Shown piece by piece: positions 37,253 through 51,149 of a stretch of 64,000 nucleotides of DNA (position 1 is the first letter of the stretch; every line of letters begins with the position of its first letter). A program made the position numbers and the translations under genes. The notes beneath the pieces were generated by a model. It had not been told where the DNA came from. It worked only from the letters and a program-made list of their open reading frames with translations, and made no database searches. The stretch spans positions 106,330,001 through 106,394,000 of the forward strand of contig NC_043003.1 of assembly GCF_006345805.1 (NCBI RefSeq), given 5' to 3'. This DNA comes from Octopus sinensis. Lineage: Eukaryota.

Positions 37253-39844
37253 GGTAGCCAACCTTTAAATAACTGACATCTGTTGTGGAAACAGACACCA
37301 ACTTATAACAAATACACTAAAGGCCCGTAACTCGCAGCGACTCTGCACTAAGAAGCACCTTGCACTCCAGCCTCGACCGCTCACTCACTGACGTTATGTT
37401 TTGTTTGTTTGCAGTTTTTATTTATTGGTTCACTTATTTAGTTGTTTTTTAAAATTTTTTTTTTATTGCACGTTAATTCACAAATCGACTTTGTTGTAGT
37501 CATTCAGGAAGGACGTCGAGAAGTAGAAGATACATTTTTTTTTGTTACTGCTATTCTCGTGTATTTTTTTAAATTTTAAATCCAATTTTTTATTTTTATT
37601 TTTTTTGATTTAGAAGAAATGAAAATAATTATTTAGTTATAATTTCTTCTTTCTGCCTAACTGCTTGTCTCTGATTATCTATTTGTCCCTTCAGCTGTCT
37701 TTATCTATCACTCCTTTTCCTTCACATTCTCTTTCGTTCTCTCTATCCGTCTCTTGTTATTCTCTTTGAGCACACGAACACAAACAGACGAGCTTCGTCA
37801 GGGAAGAAGACGACGATGTCTTTTAAACGTGGTTTCAGGCTCGTCTTGTATTGATGTTGTATAGTTATTATTATTATTATTATTATTACTATTTATTCTG
37901 TTGGTGGATTTAGGACCCAAGGACCTATCGTTTTATAAGTAATGAGATATGATTTTCATGTTTCTATTTGGACTATAGAGATATAAGGGAAGTGAGATGT
38001 TTTCGACTAGAAATTCAAACTACGTCACTAACACAGCTTGTCGAGAGCTTACCTGTTCTACAGTGCTTGCTACAGTTCCATAATAATTGGCCAACAGTTA
38101 ACCATTAGCTAGTAAGGTCACGGCCTGATATCCTATTATAAGATGTTTCGTAGAATACTTTGAATAGAGGCTATTAAAGGTGAGCAGGACAAAAATGTAC
38201 TCGGCTTCTAGCGGAAACGGGAAGACATGCGTGTAGAGTAATGTAGTTCGGCATCTCCATCAAAACACTTGTTCATCCTGTCTGTGTCCGACGCTGTGCA
38301 TTAAAGATTGCAATGTCCAGCCATCGAACGTGATGCAAATTAAGAAGATGGTCATCATCGTCATTGATAAGCAATTGAAAACAGGTGAGCATACTTGCTC
38401 CTGATAAAATCAATCTGAGGTTGGTGGAGATTATATTACCTTAACGTCAGGAAAAAGTTAGCTGTTAACAGATTAACCCAGGGAGAGCGATTGATTTTGT
38501 CTCTTATCCGTTTAATACTTCAAACACTGGATATAATCACCAGCAACATTCATGCGGTTGGTGAATGGTCTCTGTTGATGTTTGTCTTTATCGTCATCTC
38601 TACCGTTGTTATCATTATCATCATTTGCATCGAAACTGTCATTTAACCTATGGGACAATTGGAGACGATTGATTTTTTTTTTTCATATTGTCAATGAATG
38701 CACGAGTCTGCAGTACAGCATTTGCATTTCTATGTATTCTGATTACAACCTCTCTCTCTCTTTTTTTTCTCTCTCTCTCTCTCGCTATCATTCATATACA
38801 CGTGCACATGCTCAATAACTAAAGTATTGTATAGATGAAGCATCTTAGAAATTCTTTGACAGATTTTCATAGGATCCAGAAACATTTTAGTATTCAGCAC
38901 ATCTCAACTCTTAATTCAATTAAACCAAATTCATTTTATTTTCAACTTGAAAGTATACGGTTGCTTCTTCCAAAAGAGCTGTCTTTGGTACCCTTATTGT
39001 CTTATCTCTCAGATAACTGACTGACATACAGAAACAAAATCATTGAACATCCAGTTCTGTTGACAAGAGTCAGAACTGATGAAGAGCTGGTGCCGGTAAC
39101 TGGAAGTAAAATGAATGGCAGCTGGTGTTGTAAACCAAGAAGCAGAAATGATGAGAGTTGATGCTGGTAAGCTGAAGCATAAGGAACTGAATGTTGTTAA
39201 TTAGAAGCAGGTGTGATGAACAACTGATGTCCTTTACTAGAAACAGACAAAGTAAAGTACAAGCATGATAACTTTAATTAATCAATACTATTCTCATATT
39301 GACAAAAAGTTCTTGAACTTAAAATATGGAGGAAGGTGAAAGGAAAACGCCCTTACAAGGTCCAATCCTTGTTGCAGTGTAGTAATTTGTGTACCTCAAA
39401 GGATTGAGGTCAGGCTAATAAGGACCACCTCTTCCTGGGAGTAAAAATGGGATTGCGTAGGGCCAACAACCCTACCTAGGAAAAGCAAAGTTACAGAAGC
39501 ATTGATGATAATTCAGAACCAACAACCGGGAGTGGAAGGTCCTCCTTTGGGGAAACATATGACGAGGGGCAGCAAAATCCAAAAGGAAACCATCAGGAAG
39601 TTAGAAATGATGAAATGTGGTGGATAAAGCAAAGAAGAAAGAATGGCAATCAGAGATTAAATGCATCTAAAAAGGAAGAAATAGAAGAAGAGAATCTAAG
39701 ATTTGGGGTTATACTCTTTATCAAAGAAAAGCAAAAGGAGGAAGTGAAGGATGAGAAGAAATAGAAACGGGGTAAAATTTGCATCTGATTACATTGCAGG
39801 GTTGGAATATTTATTTGGATGTTTGTCTATCTATTTATCTATAT

Positions 39845-40079
39845 GTATTTCTTTACTACCCACAAGGGGCTAAACACAGAGAGGACAAACAAGGACAGGC
39901 AAACGGATTAAGTCGATTATATCAACTCCAGTGCGTAACTGGTACTTAATTTATCGACCCCAAAAGGATGAAAGGCAAAGTCGACCTCGGCGGAATTTGA
40001 ACTCAGAACATAACGGCAGACGAAATATGGCTACGCATTTCGCCCGGCGTGCTAATGGTTCTGCCAGCTCGCTGCCTTG
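39845..40079 (-). mobile_element. SINE family B
   Basis: Full head and body. Confidence 0.9.
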
Positions 40080-40984
40080 TATATATGAGTGTGTGTGTGT
40101 ATAATGTACACACAAACACACACATTGTGTACTATTCATTTGTTGATAGATTCAGCAAAATAGCTCTCAAAACATTTGAGAGTTATACATTATTTTATAT
40201 ACAGTATTTTTTGGTGACAAACTACTTAAGTTTCATGTCAGAAGAAAGATTCCTGGCTTAGTTTTGATGAAGCCATCACCATTTTATTCCAGTAATCTTT
40301 AGATTTGTCCTTAAAATGGCTACAGGCAATTTGAGATTATATTTAGGAAAATGTGCCACAGGAGGGTGTCTAATTTTTGCTTGGGAAGGGTTGGAACTCA
40401 GGATTTTAAAATTTAAGGAAGTATTTCCTTAAAGAGAAAGTATTTTCTAAGCGTACATTGTCCTGAATATAAGTTCATCATTGGTGTGTGCACTGTTGTC
40501 AATGAGTAAAAATATGTGCATTATACGTGTGCATTGAGCAGATTTAGTGTGCAAGTAGAAGGCTGGCTTGAGGAAAGGGCTGCAGTCACCTTGGTGTGAG
40601 AGATGTTTTCCTATCAGATAAAATAAGCACATCCATACAAACATACATGCATGCAAAAAGTGAAGGGAACAACCTCATATGTGTCAAGAGGGAGCTGCTC
40701 AGGAAGTACTCTTCCTGGTCACCTCCCATACAACCCCAAAACAGCTGGACTAATATACCTCAAAGGAGACCTAGATGTGATCTGCTCTACATACTAAAAG
40801 AAGACTATGCAAAGGTACGTTTCCCAGAGGCTTAAAGATGACACTAGCATTGACATGAAGTGCAGCCTTTCTTGATGATCTGGAAAAGTTAAGGTTTTCA
40901 GAAACAGAAATCAACCACCTGACATTCACACTGGAACGGTAAAAATATGCAGGACTTTTCCTGAGTTCAGAATGTAAATTTGTT

Positions 40985-41408
40985 TTTGCTCTCTTTACTC
41001 TTTTACTCTTTTTATTTGTTTCAGTCATTTGACTGCGGCCATGCTGGAGCACCGCCTTTAATCGAGCAAGTCAACCCCAGGACTTATTCTTTTTGTAAGC
41101 CCAGTACTTATTCTATTGGTCTCTTTTGCCGAACCGCTAAGTAACGAGGACATAAACACACCAGCATTGGTTGTCAAGCAATGCTAGGGGGACAAAAACA
41201 GACACACAAACAAACACACATACATATATATATATACATATATACGACAGGCTTCTTTCAGTTTCTGTCTACCAAATTCACTCACAAGGCATTGGTTGGC
41301 CTGGGGCTATAGCAGAAGACACTTGCCCAAGATGCCACGCAGTGGGACTGAACCCGGAGCCATGTGGTTGGTTAGCAAGCTACTTACCACACAGCCACTC
41401 CTGCGCCT
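40985..41408 (-). mobile_element. SINE family A, full length
   Basis: Consensus-like. Confidence 0.92.
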
Positions 41409-41529
41409 ACATTCCAATGATATATCTTTGCATCTTTGTTAGAAGCTAAGTCCTTCCTTTAAAAATAGAAGAGAACATATGCACAAACACGTGTACATAC
41501 ATACATACATGGTGGCTGCCCCATCATTA

Positions 41530-42120
41530 TCGAGTATGGCCATTGCACGAAGGCTTAATCAATGTTGTTATTGTGCAATGCCTGTGCAAGAAGATTTTTT
41601 TTAAAGTGAGGAAAAGCTGTGCACTGAGTCAATCCCACTCACTAAGCAACAGCAGTCATAATCTGAAAAGAAGAACAAGTCAACATCATCGGTAACCACT
41701 GAGCCGCAAGTTTTATGTCAGAGTTATCCCAGTTACCTGAGTTACCCTCTCCTAGAAGGATGCCCTAACAAAGGCTAGGTTCCTTCACTCCCAATGGTTT
41801 AACCGCGCGATCGGGTATTCAGTCCGATTATTTCTATGTCCACGCGCATGATACAGCCTTAAAACATTTATTGGATGGCCGTTGACTCTCAAGAGTTCCT
41901 CCACCCTTTGATGGGTTTTGTTTTTCATCCCGCAGGGTGTCCAATAAACACCCTCCTCACCAAGCAAGCTTGGTGGGGTTGCCGGTTTAGTCGCCAACGA
42001 CCCGACCATGCAACAGGTTGTACTGGGTTACATGTTACCAGTAGCACTCGAAAGTGACCTGACATAACATACATACATACATACATACATAGATTCATAC
42101 ATACATACATACATACATAG

Positions 42121-42151
<31 letters not shown>

Positions 42152-42625
42152 TACATACATATTAGTGGTCAACTCATTGTTAGTATAACCATTACTGAAA
42201 AATTATCTTATTGCCAGATGTTAAAGACTGTGGCTGTCAGCAATGCCTGTGCTGAAGTTTAAAGTCAATAACAGCCTGCACAATAACACTGCCATGACCC
42301 TCACCTACGAAGCCAAGTTGTCTGGAAACAAGTAAGAGCCTGGCCTTCAGCTTCACAATGTGGTTGATGTGACTTCAGAATTACCTCCTTTTAGGGAGGT
42401 GTCTAAACAAAGATTAGGGGTCTCTCACCCCAGCAGCTGGATGGCCCTTGACTCTAATGAGTTTATCTATCCTTTGACAGGTTTTGTTTTCCATTCTGCA
42501 GGCTGTCCAACAAAAGCTACCCTCCTGACCAAGCAGGCTTGGTAGGGTTACTAGTTTAAGTGCTGAAGGTCCAATCATGTGACAGGGAGTTTGGGCTTAC
42601 ATGTTACCAATAGCACTAAGACTCA
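41530..42625 (-). mobile_element. Two related fragments of an unclassified dispersed repeat (family E)
   Basis: GGATGGCC.TTGACTC...CACCAAGCA.GCTTGGT.GGGTT...GTTACCA.TAGCACT shared by 41870-42060, 42430-42625 and 17450-17600. Confidence 0.5.
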
Positions 42626-42708
42626 CTTGAAATATACGTGTACATACATATACACACACACATTCATACATGCATACATACATTCATACATATATACACA
42701 CACGCAAT

Positions 42709-42930
42709 AAGGCGGCGAGCTGGCAGACTCGTTAGCACGCCAGGCGAAATGCGTAGCCGTATTTCGTCTGCCGTTACGTTCTGAGTTCAAATTCCGCCGA
42801 GGTCGACTTTGCCATTCATCCTTTCGGGGTCGATAAATTAAGTACCAGTTACGCCCTGGGGTTGATGTAATCGACATAATCCGTTTGTCCCCTCTGTGTT
42901 TAGCCCCTTGTGGGCAGTAGTGAAATACAT
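42709..42930 (+). mobile_element. SINE family B, young subfamily
   Basis: Shares GGGCAGTAGTGAAATACATAT and ACGCCCTGGGG variants with 54670-54895. Confidence 0.92.
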
Positions 42931-43229
42931 ATATACACACACACACATATTCATACATTCATGCATACATACATTCATTCATACACACACACACACACAC
43001 ACACACACATTCATACACACACATTCATACATACACACACACATTCATACATAGTCATACATACATATATATTAGGTTGTTTCACATGAAATGTTGCATT
43101 TATAATTACTTGTTATTTCAGTCAATTAAAAACTCAATTATGTATACTTTGCATTTAATCTTTACTCTTTTTCTTTCCCAACAATATTGGTATACAAAAT
43201 TCGTACACACAGACCTTATGAAAATGATA

Positions 43230-43460
43230 ACAACCAAACTCTGTTGAGTGATTTTCTCGTAGGAGTACAAATTGGGTCGCTCTGTTCGGTACCAGATTGA
43301 TAACAAAATCAAATAAGTTTGTGCCAGTCATGAGGCCAAACATCCCTGAAAGTTTCATCTGAATCCATCCAGCGGTTCTTGAGATATCTTGTCCACGGAC
43401 AAACAAACAAACAAACATGACTGAAAACAATACCTCTGCCTTTGCTAAGGCAGAGGTAAT
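43230..43460 (+). mobile_element. HINE/DINE-1-like element
   Basis: (CAAA)n microsatellite followed by the 3' stem-loop TACCTCTGCC-TTTGCTAA-GGCAGAGGTA (43431-43458). Confidence 0.55.
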
Positions 43461-43544
43461 AATGATATTATTAATAATAATAATAATAATAAGAAGAAGA
43501 AGATTATGATGATGATATATATATACACACACACACACTGCTTG

Positions 43545-43932
43545 TGGAGACCTATTGAGTCAAGTACATCAACATAAAAAAATCAAATGGAAATTGTAGT
43601 TGTGATCCCTGTGCCAGTGGCACATAAAAAGCACCATCCAAACGTGGCCGATGCCAGCGCTGCCTTGATTGGCTTCTGTGCTGGTGGCACGTAAAAAGCA
43701 CCAACCGATCGTGGCCGTTGCCAGCCCCCTCTGGTCCCTGTGCCGGTGGTACGTAAAAAAGCACCCACTACACTCTTGAGAGGTTGGCATTAGGAAGGGC
43801 ATCCAGTTGTAGAAACACTACCAGATCAGACTAGAGCCTGGTGCAGCCTCCTGGCTTCCCAGACCCCAGTCGAACCGTCCAACCCATGCCAGCATGGAAA
43901 ACGGACGTTGAACGATGATGATGATGATGATG
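43545..43932 (+). mobile_element. Family C copy
   Basis: Three GGCAC(A/G)TAAAAAGCACC modules, core and (GAT)n tail. Confidence 0.9.
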
Positions 43933-44640
43933 GTGAAGTAACACATAAATTATATATGCAAATCAGTTCCTGCAACTTCTTTCTGTTCACCATTAAAAAT
44001 ATGTGGGTTCTATTGTCATGAAATGTAGAGAATTCCAAAAAATGTAGACCACAATCAAAAACAATTTGGTTTCCATGTACCAAGGAACTGAGCAAAACTT
44101 AGTTTCTGCGCAGAAAGGGTTAGTGTGGCTCAGTGGCCAGGGTACCCCGATCCCAATTGTAAGGTTTTGAGTTTGATTCCTGGTGACATCTATTCTTGAG
44201 CAAGACACTCTATTTCACGTTGTTTCAGTTCACTCAGCTGGCAAAAGTGAGTTGTATCTGTATTTCAAGGGGCCGGCCTTGTCTCATTCTGTGTCACACT
44301 GAATCTCCCTGAGAACTACATTAAGGGTACATGTGTCTGAGGAATACTCAGCCATTTGCATGTTGATTTCATGAGCTGGCTGTTCTATTCATTGAATCAA
44401 CTGCAACTCTTGTCATCACGTGTACCCTTAACATCTACCTGTAATTCTCTGGCCAAACGATGAAGTTGGATCTTTGACTTATAGGTGTACGCCATCAGAT
44501 TCAGGCTTCCACACAGTTTCCATTTAACTTGCTTCACTCACAAGGCATGGACTAACTTGAGGCTATGGTAAAAGATACATGTCCAAGATTGAACTCATGG
44601 TTTCAGTATTGTGAAGCAAATTTTTAACCGCTCGGTAATG

Positions 44641-45080
44641 TCTTCATCATCATCATCGTTTAACATCTGCTTTCCATACTGGCATGGGTTGAACAGTTTG
44701 ACTGAAGACTGGCGAGCTAGAGGCTGCACCAGGCTCCAGTCAGATCTGGCAAAGTTTCTACAGCTGGATGCCCTTCCTAACTCCAAGAGTGTGGTGGGTG
44801 CTTTTACGTGCCACCAGTACAAGGGCCAGTCAGGCGGTTCTGGCAACAACCACGCTCAAAAAGTGTTTTTTATGTGCTACCTGCATGGGAGCTAGTCCGG
44901 CGCCACTGGCAACGACCACGCTCAAATGTTGTTTTTCATGTGCCACCGGAATATGTGCCAGTAGGGCGACTCTGGCAACGATCATGCTTGAATGCTGTTT
45001 TTCACCTGCTGCCGGCACAAGAGCCAATGCAGGGCCCTGACAACAATCACGCTTGGATATGCTTATAACGTTCCACTGGC
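44641..45080 (-). mobile_element. Family C copy with diverged ~65-bp repeats
   Basis: (CAT)n, core and repeated CTGGCAACGACCACGCTCAAA modules. Confidence 0.8.
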
Positions 45081-45117
45081 AATTACAAAAACTAATATTA
45101 ACTTACAGAAAAATCGC

Positions 45118-45260
45118 TGGTGGTGGTGGTGGTGGTGGTGATGGTGGTGGTGGTTGTGGTGGTGGCAGTGGCAGTGGTGGTGGTGGTGGCAGTGGCAGTG
45201 GTGGCAGTGGTGGTGGTGGTGGCGGTGGCGGCAGTGGTGGTGGTGGCAGTGGTGGGGTAG
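45118..45260. repeat. (GGT/GGC/AGT)n trinucleotide repeat
   Basis: Direct sequence; source of the poly-Gly ORF. Confidence 0.95.
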
Positions 45261-45456
45261 GGGGCACAGAGCCGGGGGTGGGTGGAATAAAAGGAAATGA
45301 TTCAGCTGTAACTTTGCAGTTTAAATTTGGGGACTTTTTGTTTTTGTTTTTTTTTTCTTTTACTTTTGTTGTTGTCTGCTGATTTGTAAATGACCGACAA
45401 TGGAGAAAGTCATTTTAGGGGCCAGATTAGATTACGTTAGAGGGAAAAAAAAAAAC

Positions 45457-45610
45457 GTGGCTGTGTGGTAAGTAGCTTGCTTACCAACCACATGGTCCTG
45501 AGTTCAGTCCCACTGCGTGACACCTTGGGCAAGTGTCTTCTACTATAGCCTTGGGCTGAGCAAAGCCTTGTGAGTGGATTTGATAGGTGGAAACTGGAAG
45601 AAGCCCAGCG

Positions 45611-45684
<74 letters not shown>

Positions 45685-45689
45685 CATAT

Positions 45690-45738
<49 letters not shown>

Positions 45739-45965
45739 TGTATGTGTGTGTATATGTTTGTGTGTCTGTGTTTGTTCCCCTCGCCGAGCATCACTTGACA
45801 ACCAATGCTGGTGTGTTTACATCCCCGTAACTTAGCGGTTCGGCAAAAGTGAGCAATAGAATAAGTACTAGGCTTACAAAGAATAAGCACTGGGGTCGAT
45901 TTGCTTGACTAAAAGCAGTGCTCCAGCATGGCCGTGGTCAAATGACTGAAACAAGTAATAGAATA
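45457..45965 (+). mobile_element. SINE family A with expanded (TA)n
   Basis: Head and tail intact, with an internal microsatellite of about 150 bp. Confidence 0.9.
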
Positions 45966-46478
45966 AACAGAATAACACCATAACAACTACAACCCTTGGC
46001 AGCATGGAAAATGGATGTTAAATGATCTTTTACTTGCTTCTGGCATTAGACTGTGGCCATGCTGGGGCACTGTTTCGAAGGCTTTTTAATTAATAGAATC
46101 AATCAACCCCAGTACTTTTTTTTTCTAAGTTTGGTATTTATTCAAATTACTCTTTTGGCAAACCACTAAGTTACAGGGATGTAAACACACCAACACCGGT
46201 TCTCAAGTGGTGGTGAGGGACAAACACAGACACACATGCATGCATATATGTGACCAGTTTCTTTCAGTTTCCCTGTACCAAATCCATTCACAAGGCTTTG
46301 GTTTGACGAAAGCTATAATGGAAGACACTTCCCCAAAGTGCCACACAATGGGGTTGAACCCAGAACCATGTGGTTGGGAAGCAAACTTCTTACCACACAG
46401 CCATGCCTCTGCCTTAAAATATGCCATAAAAGTCTTATTAATAAACATTAAGGGACTTTTATATTTACCCTCTGGTAC

Positions 46479-46925
46479 ATCATCATCATCATCATCATCC
46501 TTTAACGTCCGTTCTCCATGCTGTCATGGGTTGGACGGTTTGACCGGGAATCTGGGAAGCCAGAAGGCTGCACCAAGCTCCAGTCTGATCTGGCAATGTT
46601 TCTACAGCTGGATGCCCTTCCTAATGCCAACCACTCCGTGAGTGTAGTGGGTGCTTTTTACATGCCACCCGCACAGGTGCCAGGTGAGGCTGGCCACGGT
46701 CGGATTGGTACATTTTACGTGCCACCGGCACGGAAGCCAGTCGAGGTGACACTGGCTTCGGCCACGATTCGGATGGTGCTTTTTACGTGCCACCGGCACG
46801 ATAGCCAGTCGAGGCGGCGCTGGCTTCAGCCACGATTCGGATACTGCTTTTTACGTACCACCAGTCCAGGGGTCCTGGCATCTGCCGGGTACCAGTCATA
46901 GGATAGGTTCAATTTCGATTCCGAT
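46479..46925 (-). mobile_element. Family C copy
   Basis: (CAT)n tail, core and several TTTTACGTGCCACCGGCAC modules. Confidence 0.9.
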
Positions 46926-47207
46926 TCCATGTGCCTGGTTAATTGAAGGTCCCAGTGAGTCTCACTCCACTCCAAGTCTAACCAGTTCTAATTTCCTCTT
47001 TGAAGAAATTGTCAGAGAGTCAAAAAGAAAGAATGAAAGAAAAAAGAAGAATCAATCGCAGAACAGAAATTCTATTGTTGCAAATCAACTCAAGAAGAAA
47101 AGTTAAAGAAAGAGAAGACATGGAAAACTTGAACAGAGTTGTGTATTCAGTGAAACAGGCATATGAGTATATATGTATGTATATGAATACATACATACAT
47201 ACACACA

Positions 47208-47241
<34 letters not shown>

Positions 47242-47325
47242 TCTATATATATTATATATATATATATATATTCATTTATATATATATATACACACACACA
47301 TTTATGTGTATATATATATATACAT

Positions 47326-47366
<41 letters not shown>

Positions 47367-47476
47367 CATATAAATGTATGTATATATAAATGAATATATA
47401 TATGAATATATATATATATTATATATATATATATATCATGATGATGATGATGTTGATGATATATATATATATATAT

Positions 47477-47509
<33 letters not shown>

Positions 47510-48059
47510 ATAAATATATATATATATTATATATATATATATATTCATTTATATATACATATATATACACACACACACACATAATTTTTTGTTTTGCTTG
47601 TAGAGGAACACCAGACCATTTGTTTTGTTTTCGTTACGTTTCTTCGTTAGTGAGAGAGACCACACCCTACACTGATACCCCGATTAGAATATCTCCATTT
47701 TTTAAAATTCGTTGGATAACTTTTGAGAGTGTAGAGTTCCAAATATAAAGAAAACCAATTTCTCTGAAAATAAAAAGGAATATATATGTATATGTGTATG
47801 TATGTATGTATGTATGTATGTATGTATGTATGTATGTATATTTATTTATATATATATATATATTCATTTTTATATATATATATATATTTATATATACACA
47901 CATACACACACATTAGATGGTGTAATTTAATTGTTCATTTTGAATTGATAAAAGGTGAGTTTTTTTCTAATTTTAGATATATATTGAAAGAAATGTTAAG
48001 ACAACAAAAGAATGAAAGAGACCTCGATATTATGTAAATAGAGGAATTTATCTGTAAAT

Positions 48060-49035
48060 GTAACATGTGACAATTATTCGGTAGCCATGAGTTTCAGATG
48101 TCGGGGCAGAAATCCACACTGCCATCTCTGATGGCTGGATAACAGAAGAGATGGCAGTGTGGGTTTCTGCCCCAACATCTGGCTACCGAATAATTGAAAC
48201 ATATTACATTTATATATATATGCCTCACCGAGGCAATGACCACCTTTGGAAATATGCTGTGCGTGAGAAGACCAGGCAGGACAAGTGAGTCCAGCCCACT
48301 TATGCATGTCTTTCCTCCCTTGGACACACAAAGACCTGTTGAGGCAAGCGAAGTCGAAATCATACCTCATCCGACGACAGGCACCCATGCCAACCCCACT
48401 TTATTGGACACTAAACTCTGCTTGCGAAGACCTGTTGGGGCAAGTGAAATCGAATTCGAAATTGGAATTGAAATCGAACCAATCCTATGACTGGCACCCG
48501 GCAGTTGCCAGGACCGCTGGACTGACTTCTGTGCAGGTGGCAAGTGAAGAAACACCATTTCGACCCTGTGCTTGAGGAGATCCATTGAGTCAAGTACACC
48601 AACATCAAAATCAATGGAAACTGCAGTTGTGATCCCTGAGCCGGTGACACGTAAACAGCACCATCTGAAGGTGGCCGATGCCAGCGCCGCCTAGACTGGC
48701 TTCCGTGACGGTGGCACGTAAAAAGCGCTATCCGAATCGTGGCCGATGCCAGTGCTGCCTCGGCTGGCTTCCGTGCTGGTGGCACGTAAAATGCACCAAT
48801 CCGACCGTGGCCATTGCCAGCCTCACCTGGCACCTGTGCAGATGGCACGTAAAAAGCACCCACTACACTCATGGAGTGGTTGGTGTTAGGAAAGGCATCC
48901 AGCTGTAGAAACACTGCCAGATCAGACTGGGCCTGGTGCAGCCATCTGGCTTCCCAGATCTCCGGTTGACCCGTCCAACCCATGCTAGCATGGAGAACGG
49001 ACGTTAAACGATGATGATGATGATGATGATGATGA
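48060..49035 (+). mobile_element. RTE LINE 3' end with complete family C 3' region
   Basis: TATGCTGTGCGTGAGAAGACCAGGCAGGACAAGTGAG, (GAAATC)n-like stretch, four modules, core and (GAT)n tail. Confidence 0.88.
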
Positions 49036-49079
49036 CACAAGATGTCCTGAAATCAAGGCAACTGAAGTTTTGGGCTTTA

Positions 49080-50374
49080 ATAGCTATCAATAAGATGTGA
49101 TAAGATATGAAAATTATACATCCTTATAAAAGTTTATTGTGTATTCTTTTTGTTTCAGACTAAATGAATTTAGCTTCATAGGTTAGATAATGGCTATAGA
49201 CCACAATACAGTCATCGTCCTCCACAAAGGAGGCAAAATTAATACAGCTATAACACAAAAGCTTTAAAATAAAACAAACAAAAGTCTTGGAAATTGTCAA
49301 GAAATTTCAAGAGATTAGTTCCAGTGTTGATCAATCTGGACATGGCTGAAAAAGAAATGTTTGGATCCCTCGGCTTATTAAAGGTACTGGAGAAAAGGTT
49401 GTTGCAAAATCCCCGTTGTTCCATCAGCAAACTGGCTGCCCCAGCAAGAATAAGGTTAACATCAATGTATTTAGTACTGGAGGAGAATTTCAGGACCCAC
49501 CCCTTCCAGATGATCCACTGTCATGAGCTGATGCAAGTTTATAAGGCCATGAGACTGGAGAGAAGTGGTCTTGTCCTGCATCAGATTTCTGAAGGCACAC
49601 TGCCCAACCTGGTGTTCACTGCTGAAAACAAATTTATCTTCAAACAGGTAGTAACACACGTAGACATGCCTACAAAGTCAGAAAACAACACAGCTCCCAT
49701 GACTTTCAGAAACATTTTTTCACGCTCAGAGTTGCTGAAGCATGGAACAAACTGCCTGCATCAGTTGTTGACTGCCATGACACTGCATCCTTTAAGGCCC
49801 TCATGCTTTCCGAAATCCGCCGAAACTACACCTGATTATACATACACTTTAGATGAGTTGTACACAATGTTTTTATTATTATTATTATTAAATCACTAGA
49901 ATGGCCGAGTTTGGAGTGTATCTGTTTCTGTCGAGGGTAGACTTGTAAATTGACATCAAAATCTACAGTCTGTTATGGTTTGGGCAGCTGTGACAGCCAC
50001 TGGAAGGTTTTTCCCCTTGTTTTTGTGCCCTCCAAGGTTAAAATTTACACTCATTGATACCTTAGCGACATTCTGGAAGCTGAACGGCTTCCATGGTGAA
50101 TGAATATTTTCAAGGCACACCTTGGAGCCTCCAACAGGACTTGACACTGTCCCGCAGCTCCAAACAGAGACAACACTCGATTCAGAATAATGTTCCATTG
50201 TTCATAGGCAAGGATGTATGGCTTTCAAGAAGCCCTGATCTCAACCTGCCTTGAGTACTCCTCATGCTATGCTCAATGCTCTGAAGGCAAAACTGTACCA
50301 GACCCAAAATATAACAATATTTTTGCTTTGGCAAAATTGAAGGTAGTTGGTGGCCTTAATTTGGGGATACCCTG
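49080..50374 (+). mobile_element. Decayed maT/DD37D-like transposon interrupted by a CR1 fragment
   Basis: N-terminus from ATG at about 49189, NPRCSISKLA...RLERS...LPNLVFTAENKF, then SVMVWAAVTATG, QQD and SPDLN motifs at 49970-50260; right TIR is the reverse complement of CAGGGTATCCCCAAATTAAGG. Confidence 0.85.
49655..49880 (+). mobile_element. CR1-clade LINE 3' fragment nested in the transposon
   Basis: Encodes HAYKVRKQHSSHDFRKHFFTLRVAEAWNKLP-like remnant. Confidence 0.75.
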
Positions 50375-50403
50375 TGTATATATATATAAACATGTGATAA
50401 ATA

Positions 50404-50439
<36 letters not shown>

Positions 50440-50551
50440 TAGATATATAGATATATACATACATACATATATATATATACACATATAGATATATATACAT
50501 ATACACACATATATATACATATATATATATGTGTGTGTATGTATGTATATA

Positions 50552-50593
<42 letters not shown>

Positions 50594-51149
50594 CTACAAA
50601 ATTAGAAAATGGAGAAACATACTTAAATCAATCAAACATCAACCATCAGATGATACCCAATCAATACTTTATTACACCATTACATAACAGCAAAGGCATT
50701 ATACAAAATATATTGTAAATATAATTAGACAAGGAAATAGAAATATAAAATATAAAATATAATATATAATTATGCACATATGGGTACAGGACTTCATCAA
50801 TGGTGCAAATAACATGAAATATGTAAACAAATGAGAGAAAAATGTGTAAAATACATAAACAGCAAGAAAAATGGAAAACAGGACAAGTAAACACAGAGAA
50901 AGAACCCTTCATCAGTTGTCAGCTGTCTATCTGCTCCTCATTTCGAGCATTTATATATATATATATCCTATGTGCACAGTTAAATGTACAACTGCTACTC
51001 CGTGCAGAGAATCATCATCTGTTTACTTCCATTTAAGTGGTGTGGTCACGAGTGATCTAGAGATTTGGGAACAGCCTGCTAGGGCAAGTGAAAGTTAATT
51101 AAAAACCCGGATGCTTGAAGGTTTGAAAGATCACCAGGAGAGAATGTGT

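Noticed and set aside
45053-45382. Glycine-rich ORF
   Set aside because: It is a (GGT)n microsatellite with no splice or homology support.
47390-47560. Hairpin formed by (GAT)n-(AT)n-(CAT)n
   Set aside because: Explained by adjacent simple repeats, possibly remnant retroelement tails; no evidence of function.
49294-49899. 201-aa ORF as a host gene
   Set aside because: It is a chimera of decayed transposase N-terminus and an inserted CR1 fragment.
50900-50950. CTGATGA and CGAAA motifs on the minus strand
   Set aside because: The order would require a type II topology, but stems I and III cannot be formed.
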